DNA from: Macrostomum lignano
Taxonomy: Eukaryota
DNA: 64,000 nt
Reading direction: 5' to 3'
Assembly: GCA_002269645.1 (NCBI GenBank)
Contig: NIVC01002450.1
Coordinates: 62,001 to 126,000, forward strand
In this document: in pieces, positions 55,590 through 64,000 of the stretch
How the letters are laid out: every line of letters starts with the position of its first letter
Position numbering within the stretch: position 1 is the stretch's first letter
The notes under the pieces: generated by a model
Databases searched by the model: none
What the model saw: only the letters and a program-made list of their open reading frames with translations
What the model was told of the DNA's origin: nothing
Program-made: the position numbers and the translations under genes

Positions 55590-58500
55590 CTACTTTGCGT
55601 CTCTGGGCATCAAGGGTGGCGCCTCCCAGCAGCACCTGGCAGCGCCGCCTCCGCCACCTCTAAAGCCTCCGCCGCCCGTCTTGCCGCACTTCAGTGCGCT
55701 GCAGTGCCCATCGGTGCTGATAATGATCTGAGGATTCACTGTGACGCTACGGCCCAGGCTCATTTCTTTGTCATCTTGGACGCCGCCTTCCTCGCAGCTG
55801 CCGCAGCAGTTGGTCTCGGCGGCACAAACGCAGCGAACCAGCGGCCGGATCGACTCTGGCAGCCTGTTGTCTTTGACGCAGGTGGCCACCCAGCGCACAC
55901 TGCGGCGCCACTGCTCCTGCAGGTGCAAAGCATCGCACAGAGCGTCTTCAAGGCGGGCCAACCCGACGCCGCCAGACTCCTGCGCTAAGCGTTGCAAATG
56001 GCGGTGCAAAAAATGCTGAGAGGCGCAGACTGCGCAGGAGGATTCGCTCGCTGGGCCGCTCGATCGGTCCAGGTGCTTCGGGCACAGGCGGCCGATTCCG
56101 ACGCCTCCAGTTGCTTCACCGGCTTCGCCGTAGCCGACGGTGCTGGCAGACCCACCAAACTCCGAGGGTGCCACCATTGACACAAACGACGATGGCGCTC
56201 CGTTGCTCATCAGAGTATTGGTTGCCCGATTTGAGTTGCTGCCGTCCATCGCACCAGCCGCTGTCAGGGGAATCGGCGCGGTCAAGCTCCTTGAACCGCT
56301 GCATCTGCCGCCGCCGCCGCGGTCCGAGACGTGGCATTTTAACAATGGGAGGCCGGGCGGGGAAGAAGTCCGGGATGAAACGGTTGAACTTGCGGCTCTG
56401 CTGGCTGCGGATGCCAGACTGTTGTGCGGTGCGTCTGTCGAAACAGATGAGCATGAGGACAGAGGTATTGCTATGAGCATGAGGACAGAGGTATTGCTAT
56501 GAGCATGAGGACAGAGGCATTGCTATGAGCATGAGGACAGAGGTATTGCTATGAGCATGAGGACAGAGGCATTGCATGAGCATGAGGACAGAGGCATTGC
56601 TATGAGCATGAGGACAGAGGCATTGCATGAGCATGAGGACAGAGGTGTTGCTATGAGCATGAGGACAGAGGCATTGCATGAGCATGAGGACAGAGGTGTT
56701 GCTATGAGCATGAGGACAGAGGCATTGCATGAGCATGAGGACAGAGGTGTTGCTATGAGCATGAGGACAGAGGCATTGCATAAGCATGAGGACAGAGGTG
56801 TTGCTATGAGCATGAGGACAGAGGCATTGCATGAGCATGAGGACAGAGGTATTGCTATGAGCATGAGGACAGAGGTATTGCTATGAGCATGAGGACAGAG
56901 GCATTGCATGAGCATGAGGACAAAGGCACTGCTATGAGCATGAGGACAGAGGTATTACTATGAGCATGAGGACAGAGGTATTGCTATGAGCATGAGGACA
57001 GAGGTATTGCTATGATCATAAGGACAGAGCCATTGCATGAGCATGAGGACAGAGGTATGGCTATGAGCATGAAGACAGTAGTATGGCTATGAGCATGAGG
57101 ACAGTGGTATGGCTATGAGCATGAGGACAGCGGTATTGCTATGAGCATGAGGACAGAGGTATTGCTATGAGCATTAGGACAGAGGTATTGCTATGACCAT
57201 GAGGACAGAGGTGTTGCTATGAGTTGCTATGTTGCTATGTTGCTATGTTGCATGAGGACAGAGTTATTGCTATGAGCATGAGAACAGTGGTATTGCTATG
57301 AGCATGAGGACAGAGGTATTGCTATGAGCATGAGGACAGAGGTATTGCTATGAGCATGAGGACAGTGGTATTACTATGAGCATGAGGACAGAGGTATTAC
57401 TATGAGCATGAGGACAGTGGTATTACTATGAGCATGAGGACAGAGGTATTGCTATGAGCATGAGGACAGTGGTATTACTATGAGCATGAGGACAGAGGTA
57501 TTACTATGAGCATGAGGACAGAGGTATTGCTATGAGCATGAGGACATAGGTATTGCTATGAGCATGAGGACAGAGGTATTGCTATGAGCATGAGGACAGA
57601 GGTATTGCTATGAGCATGAGGACAGAGGTATTGCTATGAGCATGAGGACAGTGGTATTGCTATGAGCATGAGGACAGTGGTATTACTATGAGCATGAGGA
57701 CAGAGGTATTGCTATGAGCATGAGGACAGTGGTATTACTATGAGCATGAGGACAGAGGTATTACTATGAGCATGAGGACAGAGGTATTGCTATGAGCATG
57801 AGGACATAGGTATTGCTATGAGCATGAGGACAGAGGTATTGCTATGAGCATGAGGACAGAGGTATTGCTATGAGCATGAGGTCAGAGGTATTGCTATGAG
57901 CATGAGGACAGAGGTATTGCTATGAGCATGAGGACAGAGGTATTGCTATGAGCATGAGGACAGAGGTATTGCTATGAGCATGAGGACAGAGGTATTGCTA
58001 TGAGCATGAGGACAGAGGTATTGCTATGAGCATGAGGACAGAGGCATTGCTATGAGCATGAGGACAGAGGCATTGCTATGAGCATGAGGACAGAGGTATT
58101 GCTATGAGCATGAGGACAGAGGTATTGCTATGAGCATGAGGACAGAGGTATTGCTATGAGCATGAGGACAGAGGCATTGCTATGAGCATGAGGACAGAGG
58201 CATTGCTATGAGCATGAGGACAGAGGTATTGCTATGAGCATATGAGCATGAGGACAGAGGTATTGCTATGAGCATGAGGACAGAGGTATTGTTATGAGCA
58301 TGAGGTCAGAGGTATTGCTATGAGCATGAGGACAGAGGTATTGCTATGAGCATGAGGACAGAGGTATTGCTATGAGCATGAGGACAGAGGTATTGCTATG
58401 AGCATGAGGACAGAGGTATTGCTATGAGCATGAGGACAGAGGCATTGATATGATTCAATTATAAATTTCAAAATGACTCACATGTGCCGGCAGGAGTTCC

Positions 58501-59338
58501 GCTCGTCTCACAGACACTGCCGTTGCCTCCGGCTGTCGCTGCTGCCCTCGCTGCTCGACGCACAATCGAAGTCAGCCGCCGAGTCACCAGGACTTCGGCA
58601 ATCGCGCGACAGACAGCTCGCTGAGGCGCGTCGCTTTTCGAGTTCTCAAAGCTGACGCGACTCCGTGCGCAGGTGGTGCGACCTTCCGACAACGAGAAGC
58701 TGACTGTGCCGCCAGTTCCGCCGCCTGTGACGCGCCGCGAAGTGCCTTCGCTGATATTGACAGCAGCCGATATGTCACAGTCGAAATGGCGCAGAGTATA
58801 AGGGATGTCCATAGCCGTGATGGTGTCAATGTCGCTCTTGCTCTGAAGCCGCGGCTTTTCACTGAGCTGCTGCGGATGGCCCCAAGAATTCGCGCCGCTG
58901 CTGTTGAGACACATGCAGGTCGCAATTGATGGCCTGAGGAACGGCAAAACGCGCGAGTTAAGTGTTAAACTAGAGAGACAGGCTATTAACCAACAGAGCT
59001 TATATAAAATACCTAGCCTGAAGCGATTGTCGTTGCGGCTGCGACACAGTCAAGAACGGGGGCGCCAACGTTACGGACTCGATAGCGTCGCGAACCAGCC
59101 AAGGCAGCGGGTCGTGGCGGCTGAGCGCCCCAACCAGCAGTTGGTAGACCTGGCATATCCTGCTCTTCACGGATTGAAAATGGCCGGGCGTGTGTCCCAT
59201 CTCAACAGACAGAGTGTCCATCACGCTGGGAAGATAGTGCAGAGTGGACCCGAATTCTGGCAATGGGGAACGCTGCCTGTTCTGGCGTCGGTGCTGATTT
59301 CGGTTGCCATGGCCATTCGATCTTTGCTGAATAGACAT
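55590..59338 (-). CDS. Hypothetical 540-aa protein, 3 exons (59338-59013, 58933-58482, 56434-55590)
   Basis: GT-AG junctions with matching phases (AG|G, T|AC), 1623 nt in frame, GC-rich composition like the neighbouring genes; no family recognised. Confidence 0.6.
56447..58450. repeat. 26-bp minisatellite TGCTATGAGCATGAGGACAGAGGTAT filling intron 2 of the hypothetical gene
   Basis: About 77 copies; the array ends 12 nt from the acceptor. Confidence 0.97.
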
Positions 59339-60082
59339 GCCTACGCATGTGTATAATAAAACATCACTTGCAACTCTTGTCTATCTTGCTGGGCTATTCT
59401 AAAGCTTGGTTGCCTGGCAAAAATTTCTCGTAGTCTATGGCAGCCTTCTAGCTCATGGATGTGAATTCTGTCTTCCGCTTGATTTTGGCTTAATATAGCT
59501 AACTCGCTTTACAATTGGTAAACAAATTAAGGTTAATATCAGCATAAAACACAGCGAGTCAGGCAGACACTTGGAGCCGCTTTTGCGCACTTGCGCTACG
59601 ATTATAGCTTGTAGTCGAATCTACGAGTACTTAAGCTCGATTTGTGCGTTTGTTTGTTCATAGTGCATTTAAAAGCGAACCGTTTGGTCATTTTTTTCCG
59701 CAAATTGGTTCGTTCGATTGCAAAACCAAATTATACCTGTGAAAATGGCCAAAAAGAGGTCCACTTCTTATCTAATGAATGTATTATTCTAGCAGAGCAA
59801 ATTTATAGTCTATGGCTAATAATGAAGCTGGTGTTTTTAGGTGACGTGCTTCGTTCTATTATTAGGATACCGAGATGTTTTGCGAATATTTGCTAATTTG
59901 CTAATAGTGAAAAAATCTAGTAGTTAAAAACCAGAAAGTGCCTGTTTATTGTTGACAATAATTCAGTACCAATCGCACCGAATGGGCTTGAGAAATGCAA
60001 AGACTCTTATAATTCGTATATTTGAGCTTAATCATTCACAATATGTACAAACCCGGTGACATTAAGCAAAGTTTTAAAAGAA

Positions 60083-60901
60083 CTACAGGTACTTTTGACC
60101 GCCATGACTGAACCTGCTGGCCATGCCGGCCTGCGACTTGGCCACAATGCTCTGCTTCACCTTCGAGTCCAGGCCTTTGACAACCATGTCCGTGTCCCGG
60201 TTGAACGGCACCCGGCTAGGGCCGGACGAACTGTCCGAAGACGACGAGGACGACTTTCTACTCCGTTTCTTTTTAGACTTCTTCTTCTTGTCTTTTTTCT
60301 TTTTCTTCTCCTTCTTTTTCCGTTTCTTAGCTTTCTTCTCCTCGCGCTGACGCTGCTCCAGCTCCAGCTGCTCTCTGTGCTGCAGCAGCAGCGACTGCTG
60401 CCGCTGGGAGCCGCCGCCCAGCCCGACGGCCGCCGCCAGCCGCTCCATCTCGGCGTCGTGCAGGCGGGCGCCCTGCATCTCCAGAGCGGCCTGCTGTCTA
60501 CGTTCAGCGGCCGCCTGCGCGTCCTCCGCCGGCGCCGCTTCGGCTTCCTCGTCTCCATCGCCGATTCGAGTCCAGGACTTGTCCGGCTGGCCGGCCGGCC
60601 GTTTCCGTCCGGCTGTCATTAGCGACGAGGCCAGCGTTTCCGGCGGAACTAACATCCATTCTTCTCTGGCGGCGCCACTCCGCTTTTCCTGGCGCTCGTT
60701 TGGCGCGGCTGCCGCTTGAAATCGAGGCGCGTGGCGCAACTCGTCTAGAATGCGATGCTCGGACGGCAGCGGGCCGATGACCAGGCCGGCCGGGGTGGCC
60801 TCGGACGATTCGCCGGCGGCCGGTTTCGAGGACGACTTCGAGCTGGATGATGGACTGGGCGGCTGGTCGACAAATTCAGGCGGCGGTTCGGGGCCGTACA
60901 T
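60083..60901 (-). CDS. GPALPP1: GPALPP motifs-containing protein 1 homolog (272 aa)
   Basis: YGPEPPP, VIGPLP, REEWMLVPPE, DKSWT, SLLLQH, Lys-rich tract and C-terminal RVPFNRDTDM..SRFSHG..KYL match the recalled family C-terminus; minus-strand AATAAA near 59945. Confidence 0.82.
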   Translation of the reverse strand: MYGPEPPPEFVDQPPSPSSSSKSSSKPAAGESSEATPAGLVIGPLPSEHRILDELRHAPRFQAAAAPNERQEKRSGAAREEWMLVPPETLASSLMTAGRKRPAGQPDKSWTRIGDGDEEAEAAPAEDAQAAAERRQQAALEMQGARLHDAEMERLAAAVGLGGGSQRQQSLLLQHREQLELEQRQREEKKAKKRKKKEKKKKKDKKKKSKKKRSRKSSSSSSDSSSGPSRVPFNRDTDMVVKGLDSKVKQSIVAKSQAGMASRFSHGGQKYL

Positions 60902-60979
60902 GATCTGGCTGTTCTACATTTGATGACAGGGATAAAAAAATCAGGCAAAAATCCAACCCTATTCAAATAGACAAAACTG

Positions 60980-61930
60980 AGCCTATAGTTGAGTCGCCAC
61001 TCTAGCCTATGATTGAGTCGCCACTCTAACCTATGATTGAGTCACCACTCTAACCTATGATTGAGTCGCCACTCTAACCTATGATTGAGTCACCACTCTA
61101 ACCTATGATTGAGTCATCACTCTAACCTATGATTGAGTCATCACTCTAACCTATGATTGAGTCATCACTCCAACCTATGATTGAGTCACCACTCTAACCT
61201 ATATCGGAGTCACCACTCTAACCTATAATTGACTCAACCTATAGTTGAGCTACCACTCTAACCTATGATTGAGTCGCCACTCTAACCTATGATTGAGTCA
61301 CCACTCTAACCTATGATTGAGTCGCCACTCTAACCTATGATTGAGTCGCCACTCTAACCTATGATTGAGTCACCACTCTAACCTATATTGGAGTCACCAC
61401 TCTAACCTATAATTGACTCAACCTATAGTTGAGCCACCACTTTAACCTATGATTGAGTCACCACTCTAACCTATGATTGAGTCGCCACTCTAACCTATGA
61501 TTGAGTCATCACTCTAACCTATGATTGAGTCACCACTCTAACCTATGATTGAGTCACCACTCTAACCTATGATTGAGTCATCACTCTAACCTATGATTGA
61601 GTCATCACTCTAACCTATGATTGAGTCATCACTCTAACCTATGATTGAGTCATTACTCTAACCTATGATTGAGTCACCACTCTAACCTATGATTGAGTCA
61701 CCACTCTAAACTATGATTGAGTCATCACTCTAACCTATGATTGAGTCACCACTCTAACCTATGATTGAGCCACCACTCTAACCTATGATTGAGTCGCCAC
61801 TCTAACCTTTGATTGAGTCATCATTCTAACCTATGATTGAGTCACCACTCTAACCTATGATTGAGTCACCACTCTAACCTATGATTGCTTCGCCACTCTA
61901 ACTTATGATTGAGTCACCACTCTAACCTAA
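60980..61930. repeat. 24-bp minisatellite ACCTATGATTGAGTCACCACTCTA between MED21 and GPALPP1
   Basis: About 39 copies; most contain TGAGTCA. Confidence 0.96.
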
Positions 61931-62452
61931 CCTATGAACTAGTTACGTAAATAAGTGCCTCGTTACAGATAAAATAACAAGGACAGGAAAGTATAAAAGT
62001 ACAGAAAATGCCGGCATATTGGCATATATTTAACTAGTCAGACACAATTTACAAAATGCTAAAATGAATCAAAGCTACTTTGCAATACGAATGAAACGAG
62101 CCAACATTCATTCAAAAGGTCGTGAGGAACGGATGGAAATAACAACATAATTCAGCATAAGTATTCGCTCACTGCTAAATTGATTGATTATATGACGCTG
62201 GAAAGTTGTAAGTAACCTTTGGATTCTAGAGGCACCCTTTAGATGCTTCAGAAGGAGCGTTCAGGCCTAGGTATCTACAAAGGCCAGCTTTAAAGGGGCC
62301 TTCAGGTTTTCTCGTAGATCGAGGTACTTACAGAAGTTTCTTGATGAACCTTTAGAACAGGGGAGAGGAGAGGAGAGTGGAGATAACAATTTTGAAGCTC
62401 AGTGTATAGAACCATAATAAAAGCAGTGAAATTTCAACCAGACACCGGCTCA

Positions 62453-62908
62453 TCAATTGTACTCCTGATGGAGCAGCAGCGCAGACTCCATAGCGCCGCA
62501 TCGCAACTGCACCTGAGCAATGTCGGTTAGGCAAGCCCGAACCCGACGCAGTCGAGCTTCCAGCTGATCGACAACTTCAATCAGATGCCGACCGAGGCGA
62601 TGATTCTCTTCTTCAAGTTCGGCCATTCGCTTACTATTCGAATCGGCTCTGTAGGCCTCGGGTCCCGGCAGGGAGTCAATTAGGGCCACGATAGTCTGCG
62701 CTGTTCGAGTGATCTGCTCGGCAAAGAATCTGGCGTGATCCACACCGCCTGGCGCCTGATTGCCGGCCGCTGCGCCAGTTCGATTCGCTCCGCCAACGCC
62801 GGGAAACGGCGACGGCTGGGCGGTCTGGAGCAGAATGCCCAGCGCATTGTACAGATTGTCCGCCTGCGAGTTCACCGCGTCCTGCAGCTCCGTCAGGCGG
62901 TCCGCCAT
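62453..62908 (-). CDS. MED21: Mediator subunit 21 (151 aa; an in-frame upstream ATG is at 62914)
   Basis: MADRLTELQDAVNSQAD..NALGIL, FAEQITRTAQTIVALIDSLPG, LEEEN, LTDIAQVQLR. Confidence 0.93.
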   Translation of the reverse strand: MADRLTELQDAVNSQADNLYNALGILLQTAQPSPFPGVGGANRTGAAAGNQAPGGVDHARFFAEQITRTAQTIVALIDSLPGPEAYRADSNSKRMAELEEENHRLGRHLIEVVDQLEARLRRVRACLTDIAQVQLRCGAMESALLLHQEYN

Positions 62909-62949
62909 AGCCATGTAATTGTGTGCAGGTGGCGGTTCAGTCGCATGCC

Positions 62950-63900
62950 ATGTCAGCACCTGTCTCTACCCTGTCAGCACCTGTCTCTACCCTGTCAGCA
63001 CCTGTCTCTACCCTGTCAGCACCTGTCTCTACCCTGTCAGCACCTGTCTCTACCCTGTCAGCACCTGTCTCTACCCTGTCAGCACCTGTCTCTACCCTGT
63101 CAGCACCTGTCTCTACCCTGTCAGCACCTGTCTCTGCCCTGTCAGAACCTGTCTCTACCCTGTCAGCACCTGTCTCTACCCTGTCAGCACCTGTCTCTAC
63201 CCTGTCAGCACCTGTCTCTACCCTGTCAGCACCTGCAACCTGTTCTCTGCCCTGTCAGCACCTGTTCTCTGCCCTGTCAGCACCTGTCTCTACCCTGTCA
63301 GCACCTGTCTCTACCCTGTCAGCACCTGTCTCTACCCTGTCAGCACCTGTCTCTACCCTGTCAGCACCTGTCTCTACCCTGTCAGCACCTGTCTCTGCCC
63401 TGTCAGAACCTGTCTCTACCCTGTCAGCACTTGTCAGCAACTGTCTCTACACTGTCAGAACCTGTCTCTGCCCTGTCAGAACCTGTCTCTACCCTGTCAG
63501 CACTTGTCAGCAACTGTCTCTACACTGTCAGTACCTGTCTCTACCCTGTCAGCACCTGCAACCTGTTCTCTGCCCTGTCAGCACCTGTTCTCTGCCCTGT
63601 CAGCACCTGTCTCTACCCTGTCAGCACCTGCAACCTGTTCTCTGCCCTGTCAGCACCTGTTCTCTGCCCTGTCAGCACCTGTCTCTACCCTGTCAGCACC
63701 TGTCTCTACCCTGTCAGAACCTGCAACCTGTTCTCTGCCCTGTCAGCACCTGTTCTCTGCCCTGTCAGCACCTGTTCTCTGTCCTGTCAGCACCTGTTCT
63801 CTGCCCTGTCAGCACCTGTTCTCTGCCCTGTCAGCACCTGTCTCTACCCTGTCAGCACCTGTTCTCTGCCATGTCTCTACCCTGTCAGCACCTGTTCTCT
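62950..63900. repeat. 21-bp minisatellite CCTGTCAGCACCTGTCTCTAC immediately upstream of MED21
   Basis: More than 40 copies, diverging toward the window end. Confidence 0.95.
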
Positions 63901-64000
63901 GCCATGCCTCTATCTTGCAACCACCTATGTTTACACGGCAACTCCTGTCTGCCATATTAGCTCTCGTCTTCACCCCCTGTCAGCACCTGTGACCAACTAT

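Noticed and set aside
44-62960. GC-rich antisense or alternative-frame ORFs overlapping real exons (e.g. 44-373, 16328-16690, 30880-31410, 39401-40057, 60056-60622)
   Set aside because: Expected shadows of GC-rich coding sequence; the opposite strand or frame carries the recognised protein.
1200-64000. Long repetitive ORFs in the track (e.g. VTVLRLS.. 14847-15866, [12 protein letters not shown] 21585-23100, PSPS/ERET 9339-10231, PQYPPLP 43071-44140, 52005-52679, 62919-63992)
   Set aside because: They are translations of tandem arrays, mostly lying in introns or between genes, often open in several frames or on both strands, and without coding context.

Overview
This is eukaryotic (metazoan) genomic DNA with GT-AG introns. 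GC-rich exons, AT-rich spacers and pervasive intronic minisatellites resemble the flatworm Macrostomum; that assignment is an inference and is unverified. Genes: (-) a 22-exon LRRK1/Lrrk-type ROCO kinase (ANK-LRR-ROC-COR-kinase-WD40, 24051 to beyond position 1); (+) an intronless, divergent proteasome ATPase Rpt3/PSMC4 paralog; (-) a CABCOCO1-like gene; (-) an NKX3-2/bagpipe homeobox gene; and five closely spaced (-) genes: MED21, GPALPP1, an orphan 540-aa protein, an atypical CAAC thioredoxin and a SEC14L-like protein. Mobile DNA comprises a truncated Penelope-like element, a decayed hAT transposase split by a foldback element, two tRNA-derived SINE families, a SINE module shared by five copies, and MITE-like inverted repeats. 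About 30 distinct tandem arrays are present, and 18 of 21 LRRK introns carry their own array. Several arrays contain splice-signal motifs in the sense orientation. Single-base frameshifts, several at homopolymer runs, suggest long-read consensus errors. No CRISPR array, rRNA gene or true tRNA gene was found. Most long ORFs in the track are artefacts of the repeats. Exon coordinates were read by hand and may be off by 1-2 nt.
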